DNA of 64,000 bases from a virus (Duplodnaviria; Caudoviricetes), in the IMG/VR virus record IMGVR_UViG_3300031851_000001. The stretch is one strand, 5' to 3'. Every line of letters starts with the position of its first letter. Position 1 is the stretch's first letter. This document shows positions 17,239 to 26,809 of the stretch, piece after piece. The translations under genes and the position numbers were made by a program. Below the pieces are notes generated by a model. It saw nothing but the letters and a program-made list of their open reading frames with translations, was not told the origin of the DNA and did no database searches.

Positions 17239-19350
17239 TTATTCACTCACTATGGTTTTAATAATACCCCAGTTGTCATTAAATTCAATGTCTTGGTATG
17301 GAACTGATCCAAAGTCTGGAGACGATATAGTCACTGCAGGTGGATTTCTGTATCCGGATCCTGCGTCGGTTATAGTTATTGATTGAACATCCCCGTTATT
17401 ACCGACATTTGCTATAGCAGTTGCCTGTGACGATGTTGGCGGAGAAACAGTAATTACTGGAGCGTTCGCGTAGAACTTCCCTGCATTATTTATTGTAATT
17501 GAGTCTATGATACCATTTACTAATGTTGGAGTTGCTGTAGCAACGAACGTCGCAGGAATATCGTCAGGATCATCAATCGTAACAATTGGAGCCGTGGTAT
17601 ACCCAGATCCACCAGAAGTAACATCAATAGAAATTACCTCACCGTCAGTCACTGTTATTGAGGCTACTGGAAGATCCTTATCAAAGTTTTTGGTAAATAA
17701 ATCACCTGTTCTTGCAGTTGTTGGTATCGTATATGGATCACCACTAGACGCAGTAGGCATATCGCCTGTTGTTTCCCAAGTTACATTATCTAAGTATCCA
17801 AGGAAGCTTCTATTAGCTCCATCAAATACCGACTCGTTACCTTGAGCATCACCAGCTCGATATGTATGTCCTGGGAATGCAACGTTACCTGCTCCACGTG
17901 TTTCTTGCGTACCATATAAGCCATTAACATTAATACGAATAAGGTTTGTGTAATGTTCTACTTCTACATGGTTCCATTGATTAATGATTAAGTTAGTATC
18001 AGAAGTAACGACTGGTGCACCACCATATTGGAACCTAACATTACCAGTATCAGCAGTAAAGAATATTTTTGTAAATGGCGCAAAGAGTACTGACATTGGA
18101 TTATTACCACCCGGAAATGATGTTGGGTAAATCCAAAATGATACTTTATATCCAGTGTTAGAATTAAAATATCCAGTAAATGTATGTAATAGAGTAACAT
18201 CATCTTCGCTACTGTGTGCTAATGCATCATCGCCAAACTTAAACTCTGCAGCCACATTTGGTGGAGGTGCTATTGAAAAACCCGGAGTATTATAAAAATT
18301 GCCTGGGTTTGTTATAGATACGTTAGCAACGGAATCTCCACTTAATGTGGCAGTTGCGGTAGCCGTTGTTAAAGGCGTGTCTGGTAACCCTACAGTTACT
18401 GTTGGTATATTACTGAAATAACCACCACCATCATTGATTGTCAAACCAGTCACTGCACTATTTGTTATAGTCGACGTTATGTCTGCATTTGCTACGTCAG
18501 GCGCGCTAATAGTGACGGCAGTATTTGAGTTATAGTTTTCACCATCGTTAGTTATTCTAATGTTACTTACTGAACCTGTTGACAAAGATGATATAGCGGT
18601 TGCTGTTTCACCGACGTCAGTTATTGGCGTATTTGCGGTTGATAGACCCGGTTGAATATCAATGCCTTCTAAGAATGGGGAGTTAGTATCAGTACCATTA
18701 AACATATCGACGTCAACAAATTTAATAACCTTTTTCTTTTTCTCTGGGCCAAAGTAATAACCTCTAAGCGTAAAGGTAAGTGTATGTAAAACCATTTGTC
18801 TTTCGTCAAACGCACCTTCATAAAGATCCTCGATTGTTACGCTGTTTAAAACAACAGGTATGTCAATAGGATCTAAATCTGGTATCATTTTAGCGCCTAC
18901 GGTCCAATCTGGTGTAAAGAATGGTATAATTTGTTCTAGTATTTTTGTCGCATCTTCTGAATACTTTGTCATAATATACAAAGAAAAATCTAAGTTATAT
19001 GGTACAGGATTATATACGTAAGACCTAGCATCATCTGTTTCTGCCTTACCTCGTTTAATCATTTTACCAGTTGTTGCTAATTTGCGTGTAGGATCATATG
19101 AAATGTTTTGTATTTCAAAAGACATACGTGGTAACGTCATAGCAGGACGACGACTATTAATTAAATCTGGATCACCGGCTACCCTTGCTAATATCTTTTG
19201 ATATGGAGCATAGGCTAATGGAACAATCATTTCTTTTTTAAGTACACCAGCGTTATCGTGCCTTTGGATCTTTAACTGATTAAACAGTGTTCCAAACAAA
19301 GCTACGTATTTTCTTGTAGTTGAATTATAAAAATAATTTGCGATTGCCAT
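17239..19350 (-). CDS. g15: tail sheath stabiliser/terminator gp15 with long C-terminal extension
   Basis: N-terminal ~235 aa: ALFGTLFN, VPLAYAP.QK, LPRMSFEI, PVPYNL.F.L, ILEQI.PFF.P; then repeats and a LamG-like segment. Confidence 0.9.
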   Translation of the reverse strand: MAIANYFYNSTTRKYVALFGTLFNQLKIQRHDNAGVLKKEMIVPLAYAPYQKILARVAGDPDLINSRRPAMTLPRMSFEIQNISYDPTRKLATTGKMIKRGKAETDDARSYVYNPVPYNLDFSLYIMTKYSEDATKILEQIIPFFTPDWTVGAKMIPDLDPIDIPVVLNSVTIEDLYEGAFDERQMVLHTLTFTLRGYYFGPEKKKKVIKFVDVDMFNGTDTNSPFLEGIDIQPGLSTANTPITDVGETATAISSLSTGSVSNIRITNDGENYNSNTAVTISAPDVANADITSTITNSAVTGLTINDGGGYFSNIPTVTVGLPDTPLTTATATATLSGDSVANVSITNPGNFYNTPGFSIAPPPNVAAEFKFGDDALAHSSEDDVTLLHTFTGYFNSNTGYKVSFWIYPTSFPGGNNPMSVLFAPFTKIFFTADTGNVRFQYGGAPVVTSDTNLIINQWNHVEVEHYTNLIRINVNGLYGTQETRGAGNVAFPGHTYRAGDAQGNESVFDGANRSFLGYLDNVTWETTGDMPTASSGDPYTIPTTARTGDLFTKNFDKDLPVASITVTDGEVISIDVTSGGSGYTTAPIVTIDDPDDIPATFVATATPTLVNGIIDSITINNAGKFYANAPVITVSPPTSSQATAIANVGNNGDVQSITITDAGSGYRNPPAVTISSPDFGSVPYQDIEFNDNWGIIKTIVSE

Positions 19351-19354
19351 ATTG

Positions 19355-20032
19355 TTAATCCTGTATAGAAATGTTTTCGCTGAATGGATCCATTTCAGAG
19401 AAGTCTAATATATCATCTGCCTGATCTTCAAACGCAAGGTTATTTGCAAGTGGGTCAACACCTTCAAGTGATGTAAGTGATGTAACCGTATTTGCTGATG
19501 TATCAATGTCCGCAAAGTAGTTATCAATTTCATAATAGCCAGTATCAAACGTTTCACCAGAGTATTCAGCCAATTCACAACGCATGTCATATACTTGCAG
19601 CGCGCCAGTTTGATAGAATACACTTTCGTGTTCAACGTGTTGGATCTTATACATTTTTTGATTGAGTGGCATCCAAATCATTTCACCTTCAAGTGGACGT
19701 TTTCGCGTATCTTGTTCGCGTGTAACGTATTGCTCAAAAGTACGAATAGCAACAGTGAATGTAATTGAGTCACGAATTTGTAAACCAAACTTAGATAAAA
19801 AGTCACCTTCGCCTTCAAATCCATCAACGTTTTTAATGTATACTTCAAAATCATAATACTTATCAAACGTTGGCAAATCATCTTCGTTTAGAATTCTGTC
19901 AATGTTTTCGTGTAATCTTGTAATGAATTTGACGTCTATGCCATAAATCTTAATTGACTCAATAACTAAATCGTCAATTAAGTTTTGCTCATATACGTTA
20001 TCATGATTTCTAAAATATGCGTTCGTTGCCAT
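19355..20032 (-). CDS. g14: neck protein gp14
   Basis: EQNLIDDLVIESIKIYG, GFEGEGDFLSKFGL, P.EGE.IW.P, FYQTG. Confidence 0.93.
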   Translation of the reverse strand: MATNAYFRNHDNVYEQNLIDDLVIESIKIYGIDVKFITRLHENIDRILNEDDLPTFDKYYDFEVYIKNVDGFEGEGDFLSKFGLQIRDSITFTVAIRTFEQYVTREQDTRKRPLEGEMIWMPLNQKMYKIQHVEHESVFYQTGALQVYDMRCELAEYSGETFDTGYYEIDNYFADIDTSANTVTSLTSLEGVDPLANNLAFEDQADDILDFSEMDPFSENISIQD

Positions 20033-20035
20033 AAC

Positions 20036-20779
20036 TTATCCAATAAAATTGTAAGTGAGAGGTTGAAGCGATCTGATTGCGTCTTCTTCAATTCTCTCCC
20101 TGTCAGCTCTCGCCTCTGCTAATATTTGTTCTCCGTTGAACTGTACACCACCAACTAAAGTCATTTGGTTAAATTTAGTAAGGTTCATGCCCCATTGCTC
20201 TCTGACTAAAACCGCGGCATAATTTTGCAGCCATCTGTCTGTCCATAATTCTGCATATGCGTCTTCATCAAGAATGTCGTATGCTTCAATAATAATATAG
20301 CCGCCAACTCTCCATTGTTTAGTATCAGTATCAATGTGTAATTTGTTTACGTACTTATTATAACGAATTAATGGTTTACCAACAAGTAGCTCTTGCATAA
20401 ACTCAATATGTTGCATTGTCATATAATAAGTCTGCATAGAGTAACTAGTCATATCTTGTATGTTATTTAAAACGAATTGATAGTTAACGTTAAACATACC
20501 AGTACCTGTAGAAATATTAGTATCAAAACCAAATATTTTAGAAATACCAAGTAAGTTTGGTGGCAAAGGAATATATCCGTTTTCCTTATCAGCTTCAGTA
20601 ATCTGATGCTTAAGATATACTAATTGACTACCATTATAATGATAATCTCTCCAAAAAGAAACTGCCTCATCTACACGATCATCAACCTGTTCGTCAGCAA
20701 CGTTAATTTCAATTACTGGTGCGCCGATCTTTCTTAAAATAAAATCTTTAAAATCTTCTCTAGATTGAGGTTGTGCCAT
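20036..20779 (-). CDS. g13: neck protein gp13
   Basis: LRKIGAPVIEINV...QVDDRVDEA, WLQNY, QWGMNL.KF....L.GGV.FNG. Confidence 0.93.
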   Translation of the reverse strand: MAQPQSREDFKDFILRKIGAPVIEINVADEQVDDRVDEAVSFWRDYHYNGSQLVYLKHQITEADKENGYIPLPPNLLGISKIFGFDTNISTGTGMFNVNYQFVLNNIQDMTSYSMQTYYMTMQHIEFMQELLVGKPLIRYNKYVNKLHIDTDTKQWRVGGYIIIEAYDILDEDAYAELWTDRWLQNYAAVLVREQWGMNLTKFNQMTLVGGVQFNGEQILAEARADRERIEEDAIRSLQPLTYNFIG

Positions 20780-20782
20780 GTC

Positions 20783-21115
20783 TTATCCTAACTCTTCTCT
20801 AATGATTATTTTGATGTATCCTGAGTTAGGAAACGTTTCAATTTGACCGTTAGTATATGTTACTTGGAATTCGGCGTTGTGAATTCCCGTATTTGATGTA
20901 TCTCCAGCCTGCCAAGGATAAGATACTATACCCTTCGTGGCATTAATAATAGATGCAGTGCCTAAATTAACTAAGCTTGAGCCTTCTTCTGTTGACATAT
21001 TAAACTTTACTTGCGAAGCAAGGATCAATGATTTTGCTCGGCCAGTTGAGTCTGTTAAGACGGCTTCAATGGACGGAGCAGTGTCGTTTTGCTTTATGTA
21101 AAAATTCGCCGCCAT
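20783..21115 (-). CDS. BppU-N-like small virion protein
   Basis: FYIKQNDTAPSI, G.VSY.W..GDT...G...AEF.VT..NG..ETFP. Confidence 0.65.
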   Translation of the reverse strand: MAANFYIKQNDTAPSIEAVLTDSTGRAKSLILASQVKFNMSTEEGSSLVNLGTASIINATKGIVSYPWQAGDTSNTGIHNAEFQVTYTNGQIETFPNSGYIKIIIREELG

Positions 21116-21155
21116 GTGTTTATCTCCAAGGTTTACTTTTATTTATTAAAATAAA

Positions 21156-21746
21156 TTAGTTTCTAACTTCAGCATAAGTTAAACCAATATTTTTTAGTTT
21201 TATATTGTTTGGTTCTGATGTTCTACGTATAAGAACATTATTTTCTTTAGTATTTGTCAGCTCTATAGAATTTGGACCAGACCGTGCTCTATTTGTAAGC
21301 GTATAGTTAATTACTGTTGAATTAAGAGCAAACCCAAATGCTCCTGTAGTTTGACCCAACGAGAATTGCGCCATAGTACCGGATATTGTAATTGGGAATA
21401 TTATATCTGCACCACCAGAAATTACTGAGAAACCACTTGAAGAAGCAGTAAAGTCAATTTCATTATTGCCAGAATATAAGTAACTCTGTATACCAAACTC
21501 AATACGAGCAGGTTCAGTCAAAGTAAATGGTATAGTTCCACTAAATTCACCGTATACCGTCGGGGTCTCAACGGCAACTTGAACATCAAATGTTAAGGTT
21601 TGATTTAATTCAGCAAGTACTGGTACAAAAACATCAGAACTAAATGTATAGTCAAATGTACTAGAAGCCTCTCCAGCGATAGTTGAAAAACCACCTCCAA
21701 AGAAGCTTAAATCTAGTGTTGATGTAAATACGCCATTTGCGGACAT
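21156..21746 (-). CDS. hypothetical virion protein
   Basis: 196 aa, Thr/Ser/Gly/Phe beta-rich, in late cluster. Confidence 0.6.
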   Translation of the reverse strand: MSANGVFTSTLDLSFFGGGFSTIAGEASSTFDYTFSSDVFVPVLAELNQTLTFDVQVAVETPTVYGEFSGTIPFTLTEPARIEFGIQSYLYSGNNEIDFTASSSGFSVISGGADIIFPITISGTMAQFSLGQTTGAFGFALNSTVINYTLTNRARSGPNSIELTNTKENNVLIRRTSEPNNIKLKNIGLTYAEVRN

Positions 21747-21757
21747 TTATTCAGTCC

Positions 21758-22165
21758 TTATGCGCCACCAGCGGTAATTGAAAATGTTGTTATTGTAATT
21801 TGCTGACCAATAGCAATGTTAGTGTTATCTAACTGCATATCTCCACCGCCACCTGACGCTGTGATTGTACCTTGCATGTGGCAAACTGTTCCATCGCTTT
21901 GATGAATTCTAAAATAACCTGCTGTACCTGACGCATCAGCAGATAAGTCTTGCCAATTACCAGACAACTGAATTACGCCGCCTGAAGGAACTGCTAACCA
22001 TTCGGTAGGCAATATCATAGTAGCAACGATGTTACCAGTATTTGCTGATTGACATTCTGTAGGTGCCACACCAGTTGCGATAGTTAAAATAGGGTTTGCA
22101 CCGACTGTTGTCTCTAATGACTGAAGTGTACCATTACGAGCTCCCGGTGATAACTGAAAAGCCAT
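21758..22165 (-). CDS. hypothetical virion protein
   Basis: 135 aa, SD AGGAGAG, late promoter upstream, AGYFRI motif. Confidence 0.7.
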   Translation of the reverse strand: MAFQLSPGARNGTLQSLETTVGANPILTIATGVAPTECQSANTGNIVATMILPTEWLAVPSGGVIQLSGNWQDLSADASGTAGYFRIHQSDGTVCHMQGTITASGGGGDMQLDNTNIAIGQQITITTFSITAGGA

Positions 22166-22198
22166 CTTTCTCTCCTTTGTTTCAATATTATTTATCTA

Positions 22199-22206
22199 TA
22201 TTTATA
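22199..22206 (-). promoter_or_regulatory. T4-type late promoter
   Basis: TATAAATA on minus strand upstream of 22165. Confidence 0.8.
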
Positions 22207-22215
22207 AAAAAAGAG

Positions 22216-22243
22216 TTGACATATAAATCCAGTGTGGTATAAT
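22216..22243 (+). promoter_or_regulatory. consensus sigma70-type promoter with no sense gene downstream
   Basis: TTGACA(22216-22221)-N16-TATAAT(22238-22243) with TGn. Confidence 0.55.
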
Positions 22244-22273
22244 AGATTTATCTACTACAAAACAATAATAATG

Positions 22274-23047
22274 TTATCTTCGTTCAATATCATCTTCCGA
22301 TAGAGTATTTCCCATCCATACTTCAATTACTTTGACTGGACGGTCGCCAACATTGGTCGCGTGATGCCAACATTTTACTGGAATATCAATACTGTCACCG
22401 GTTTTATATACTTTAGATGTAGAGTAACCATTATTAAATTCTAAATCCATTTTTAATTCACCATCAACGATATGCCAATGTTCGGAACGAACAAAATGGC
22501 GTTGGTCTGATAATGATTTACCAACATCAACCGATAACTCTTTTACTTTCCAATGACCATTTTGGTCTAAGTCTCTATATTTACCCCATAGTCTTTGCGT
22601 TGTTGGCTTATCCCATTCCTTTAGGATCCACGATGAACTGTTCTTTTTATCTTCACCACCAACTCCAAACATAAACGATACATTACACTCATCACGTAAT
22701 TCTTTAGCAAACTCTACTTCTGGCGTTGTTCCTTTTTTACGATCACCGCCATTAACAAATATGATTTCTGAATTTCGTGGAGCTTGTTTTGCTACATACC
22801 GAATAGCATCACATGCAGTATCGTCTGAGTCATCAAAAGTAAATACATGGCCTACACAGCCAAGTTCTTTAATAATAGCCATGCGTTCTTCAACAGACAT
22901 AAAAGGTTTACCCTTTTTACGAGTTAACCATTCATCGCTGTTTACGCCAACAAACAAAATACTACCAAGTTCTTTTGCTGCTTTAAAATATTCAATATGT
23001 CCTGAGTGTAGGGGATCAAACCCACCTGTACAAATTACCGGTTTCAT
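22274..23047 (-). CDS. cytidylyltransferase (HxGH, TagD/RfaE-like) fused to mannose-6-P-isomerase-type cupin
   Basis: TGGFDPLHSGH, GVNSDEWL.RKKG, NGGDR, NSSS; C-terminal SDQRHFVRSEHW and IPVKCWHH; start 23047 by TAATG overlap (track 23077). Confidence 0.85.
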   Translation of the reverse strand: MKPVICTGGFDPLHSGHIEYFKAAKELGSILFVGVNSDEWLTRKKGKPFMSVEERMAIIKELGCVGHVFTFDDSDDTACDAIRYVAKQAPRNSEIIFVNGGDRKKGTTPEVEFAKELRDECNVSFMFGVGGEDKKNSSSWILKEWDKPTTQRLWGKYRDLDQNGHWKVKELSVDVGKSLSDQRHFVRSEHWHIVDGELKMDLEFNNGYSTSKVYKTGDSIDIPVKCWHHATNVGDRPVKVIEVWMGNTLSEDDIERR

Positions 23048-24279
23048 TACATTCTCTCCTTCATCATATAATTCCAAGCAAAATTGGTCTTTTTGTTTGT
23101 ACGCATATTTTGGTTAACAAACCCGGGATGTACCCACCAATCTTCGTACGCATTTGTTTCATCAACTGCAACATTTGGTACTAACAATATATATCCAATT
23201 TCTTTTAGTATTTTTCTGGTCTTATCTTTAAGATCCGATCCCCACCAACATTCGTTGTGTTGAATTTGAATTATTGAAAACTCATATTCGTTAAATGGTA
23301 TATTTTCTAATGTTACTAAAGATGCGTTATCTGCATTGATACGTAAAAAATCTACGTGTTGTTCAATACAGTTTTGTTTAAATAAATCTTTAAAGTTAAC
23401 TTGACTCGCATCAGCAAGAACCGCGGTTGTGTTACGTTTCCTACTAAATATAGCGCACATTCTTTCAGAAACATCAACTGATAAGCCTTTCCAGCCAAAG
23501 TCTTTTTCTAATAGGTATGTATTATTAAACAATGTCGGGTGACCTGATCCTACTTCAATAAACGTGCCATTCTTTTTACCATTTAAAGTTGATAAAACAA
23601 ACATATCTTGGAAGTGACGAGAATAGTTTTTCTTTACTTTATCTAAACCATCAAATGTAAATTTATATTTACTACTTTCAGCATCGGTATATGGCAGTGT
23701 ACTAGGATAGCCAACTTGACTTATCCACCAATCAACGCTTTCGCGCATTTCTTTATTCATATCTAATTTACGTTTATGTTTTAAATCAAAGAATAAATTT
23801 TTAGAGTCATCTCGCCCATCTGATTTCCATTTAGATACAGCAAAGCAATATTCTAAACCAACTGATCCGGGATAATCTAATTCTTTATTTGGTTCAACGT
23901 CTTCGCAATCCATACCCATTTTGGCGTACATCGCTCCATCTCTAAAATTACTTTGTTCTATTGAATATTTAGCAGCCCAATAATAAGCCTCTGGTCTCGC
24001 AGGTAAAACTGATATGGCACTTTTAATTAAACCGTTAACCGTTTGATTTCTGGCTTCTGATCTGGCAAACAATGCAGCGCCAAGTACCATACATCTATAC
24101 TGAAGTTCTTTTTCTTCGTCTGTTTCACCTTCGCAAAAATCTGCAGCACGTAAATACCAGCCAAAGGCAGCAGCACCTTGTTTTAATTTATCATATTCTT
24201 TTGCCAAATTAAACATTTTAAAAGGATTATCATAATCCATAATAACATCATGCAATAACTGTTTATTTTTAAATATCAT
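23047..24279 (-). CDS. TPR-like domain + FkbM-like methyltransferase
   Basis: N-terminal helical repeats (PARPEAYY); C-terminal QDMFV...GTFIEVGS.HP...NNTY.LEK..GWKGLSVD. Confidence 0.7.
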   Translation of the reverse strand: MIFKNKQLLHDVIMDYDNPFKMFNLAKEYDKLKQGAAAFGWYLRAADFCEGETDEEKELQYRCMVLGAALFARSEARNQTVNGLIKSAISVLPARPEAYYWAAKYSIEQSNFRDGAMYAKMGMDCEDVEPNKELDYPGSVGLEYCFAVSKWKSDGRDDSKNLFFDLKHKRKLDMNKEMRESVDWWISQVGYPSTLPYTDAESSKYKFTFDGLDKVKKNYSRHFQDMFVLSTLNGKKNGTFIEVGSGHPTLFNNTYLLEKDFGWKGLSVDVSERMCAIFSRKRNTTAVLADASQVNFKDLFKQNCIEQHVDFLRINADNASLVTLENIPFNEYEFSIIQIQHNECWWGSDLKDKTRKILKEIGYILLVPNVAVDETNAYEDWWVHPGFVNQNMRTNKKTNFAWNYMMKERM

Positions 24280-25319
24280 ATTTCACCCATAGCCAAAAAG
24301 TTAGCAAACACTGTTTTAGGCAGCTTTAATATATAAGAAGCGTTATCCTGCCATCCATAAGATATTAGAATGTCGTCCCCTATTATCGCAACACCAGTAA
24401 CAAACTCAATATTATAATCCTGACCTTTTACGTGGTCGTAATACGTTCCCATAAAATGGAATTCTCTAGACTTATGAACAATATTCCAATCGTTATCCCA
24501 GATAATTACTCGATGCGCATAGTTACCATCTTTTCTACCAAAAGGATCTCTTAGTAAATTTGTTTCGTGGATAAATGCCATTCGCTGGTTATCGTTAATA
24601 CGAATAACTTGTGAACCACCTCTAAAGTCTTTATTGGCTTCCATATATTTGTCTTTATCATATACCGCGTCTTCAGTTGTTTGCGTTTCAATATCGTATT
24701 TGATAACTTGTGTTGGGTTAGTCCATTTAACAAAGTGGTATGGCATATCAAGTATTGGCATCCAATTCTTTTCGCAATATGATTTATCACCATTTGGAGA
24801 AGGAATAGGATTACGAGAAACCTCTGTCCATTGACCATCAATAAATTCAATCTCTGCCATTTCCATACGACCACGGCCTTTATCATCATAACAATCTCTG
24901 CGTACACCACATAGGAACATTCTATCTTCCCAACTAAATAGTCGGCAATCTTCTAAACCAATAAAGTTCCATGTCGGCTTACCTGTATCTAAAGCCATAT
25001 GAACACGCTGTGCGTTGACCATATTTAAATTACTGTCAAGTTCGCACATAACATTATGAGTTGTAAGTGTTACATCATTTTCTGGATGTATGTACACCAA
25101 AGGACCCCACTGATGAGGAAACTTTTTACCTTCGCTGTGATATAGATAATAGTTAACGTGTCTTACGTTAATAAAGAGTTTATCTTTGTGCTGAAAAACC
25201 GAGGGATTCATAATCCCAGTTTCATTACCAAGTACTTCTGTTGGTATGATAATAGGATGGATTGAACCACCTCGTTTTAAAGCATATGTGGCCAAGCCAC
25301 CCATGTGCAAATCGTGCAT
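24276..25319 (-). CDS. glycoside hydrolase/phosphorylase-like beta-propeller protein
   Basis: NPSV, GLEDCRLF, EKNW.P, RGGSQ, IEFVTG, ISYG..D motifs (GH130/GH43-like propeller). Confidence 0.6.
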   Translation of the reverse strand: MHDLHMGGLATYALKRGGSIHPIIIPTEVLGNETGIMNPSVFQHKDKLFINVRHVNYYLYHSEGKKFPHQWGPLVYIHPENDVTLTTHNVMCELDSNLNMVNAQRVHMALDTGKPTWNFIGLEDCRLFSWEDRMFLCGVRRDCYDDKGRGRMEMAEIEFIDGQWTEVSRNPIPSPNGDKSYCEKNWMPILDMPYHFVKWTNPTQVIKYDIETQTTEDAVYDKDKYMEANKDFRGGSQVIRINDNQRMAFIHETNLLRDPFGRKDGNYAHRVIIWDNDWNIVHKSREFHFMGTYYDHVKGQDYNIEFVTGVAIIGDDILISYGWQDNASYILKLPKTVFANFLAMGEI

Positions 25320-25348
25320 AATAACTCCATAATATAAAGTTTAGATAA

Positions 25349-25684
25349 TTACCAATTAGGGGTAATCATAGTCATTGTATTTTGTTCAACCTTTGAGTCG
25401 AGAATATTATTTATAGTGGCAATCTTATCAGCACCTAATGCTTCTTCAACCCACGCTATAACATTGGCTTTAGTAACACTATCCAAATCAATATAATCTG
25501 CAGCCGATGTTGTTGATAAGTCAAGCTTTGTAGTTGAAACGTAGCTTGCTTTTTTATTCGCCTCGTTGGTTGCTATCTTTTTCCATTTAACAGAAATGAT
25601 GGCATCTGATAAAACTTCACCTGCGGCATTAGTTTGGTCTAATGTTCCAAGCTTTAGTATCTCCCAAGTATAAGTCATGCTCAT
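25349..25684 (-). CDS. small fibre-associated hypothetical protein (paralog 1)
   Basis: TYTWEI..L, YI..DSVTKANVIAWVEEAL; similar to neighbour. Confidence 0.7.
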   Translation of the reverse strand: MSMTYTWEILKLGTLDQTNAAGEVLSDAIISVKWKKIATNEANKKASYVSTTKLDLSTTSAADYIDLDSVTKANVIAWVEEALGADKIATINNILDSKVEQNTMTMITPNW

Positions 25685-25688
25685 ACTC

Positions 25689-26066
25689 TTATTCTACAGG
25701 AGCTTCAGGTTCTACACCCCAAGGTAATTCTGGACCAGAAACTTCAGTTTGTACATTTATGTCAATATCTTTTTGGATTTGATCATCAATATGCGCTTTG
25801 TATTGTGGATCAGCATTAATCACTGCAGCGATCCAGCCTGTTACATGCGATTCTTCTAATTCTTCAAACGCCGTGAATGATCCAGCTGGTACATTGGCAG
25901 CCGAGAATGGAGTTGCGCCAGAAAATTTTCCAACTTGTCCTGCTTCATTTGTGCCTTGAATTTCCCAGTAAGTTTGAACTACCGCGTTTGTTAAAGTTTC
26001 ACCGGCCGCGTTTACTTGATCTTGTACCTTCAAGTTACGGACAGAATAAGTATATGTAAATGCCAT
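25689..26066 (-). CDS. small fibre-associated hypothetical protein (paralog 2)
   Basis: SD GGAGA supports start 26066 (MAFTYTY); F.AFEELEESHVTGWI, LPW at C-terminus. Confidence 0.7.
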   Translation of the reverse strand: MAFTYTYSVRNLKVQDQVNAAGETLTNAVVQTYWEIQGTNEAGQVGKFSGATPFSAANVPAGSFTAFEELEESHVTGWIAAVINADPQYKAHIDDQIQKDIDINVQTEVSGPELPWGVEPEAPVE

Positions 26067-26125
26067 TATTGTCTCCATTTAATTATAGTGTTTGATTCAT
26101 CTTACACTCTTTTAATTTATAGTTC

Positions 26126-26133
26126 TATTTATA
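26126..26133 (-). promoter_or_regulatory. T4-type late promoter
   Basis: TATAAATA on minus strand. Confidence 0.75.
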
Positions 26134-26135
26134 CA

Positions 26136-26699
26136 TTACCCACCGCGATACAAATATAAGTCAACCGGTACACATATTCTAAGACTAGAATAATAAGGAT
26201 TGACGTGGTGGTATGTAAAGCTTGGAAATATCATAAAATCTCCAGTTTTTGGTGTGATTGCTTTTTTATCAAATACATCGTTCCACCAATCATCGTAGCC
26301 ACGATTTGCGTTTGTTCTTGGATCTGAAAAAACAATATCGCCACCAGAGTTTTGGTCTTCAGCTAGTATATAAAATACACCAGACAAATGAGCACCTGAG
26401 TGATTATGTATAGTCATGTTATAATCTTTTCCATGACCAGTAATCCACGCTTTCATCTCGTGCGCTTTATAATCTGTAATATGTTTTCCAATGCTTGCAT
26501 AGAGATAGCGATCAAAGTTGCTATATACCATGTCTTTAAATTTATTCATTTCATCTGAATTATCTTTGAATATATTTCCACCGTTTACTTCACCTTCCAT
26601 GTTATTTAAATCATAGTTAGTAAAAATATATTCTATTAATCCATCAGTATCAAATTTTCCTGAGCCAATCTTTGTTGGCCACATTTCTTTAAATTCCAT
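26136..26699 (-). CDS. Fe(II)/2OG-dependent oxygenase (TIGR02466-like)
   Basis: HNHSGAHLSGVFYI, GDIVFSDPR, GDFMIFPS.TYH.V. Confidence 0.8.
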   Translation of the reverse strand: MEFKEMWPTKIGSGKFDTDGLIEYIFTNYDLNNMEGEVNGGNIFKDNSDEMNKFKDMVYSNFDRYLYASIGKHITDYKAHEMKAWITGHGKDYNMTIHNHSGAHLSGVFYILAEDQNSGGDIVFSDPRTNANRGYDDWWNDVFDKKAITPKTGDFMIFPSFTYHHVNPYYSSLRICVPVDLYLYRGG

Positions 26700-26725
26700 A
26701 ACACAATCTCCATAATATATGAATC

Positions 26726-26733
26726 TATTTATA
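26726..26733 (-). promoter_or_regulatory. T4-type late promoter
   Basis: TATAAATA on minus strand upstream of 26699. Confidence 0.75.
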
Positions 26734-26745
26734 ACATATAACTGG

Positions 26746-26779
26746 TTGACATATTCGCTTCTTTGTGGTATTATAAATA
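26746..26779 (+). promoter_or_regulatory. overlapping sigma70-type and T4 late promoters for the + strand radical SAM operon
   Basis: TTGACA(26746-51)-N17-TATTAT(26769-74) with TGn, overlapping TATAAATA(26772-79). Confidence 0.7.
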
Positions 26780-26809
26780 CATATCGTATATTACCATTGG
26801 AACTACATT

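Noticed and set aside
16774-17307. 177-aa + strand ORF
   Set aside because: Antisense shadow of g16, Ser-rich, no + strand promoter or SD.
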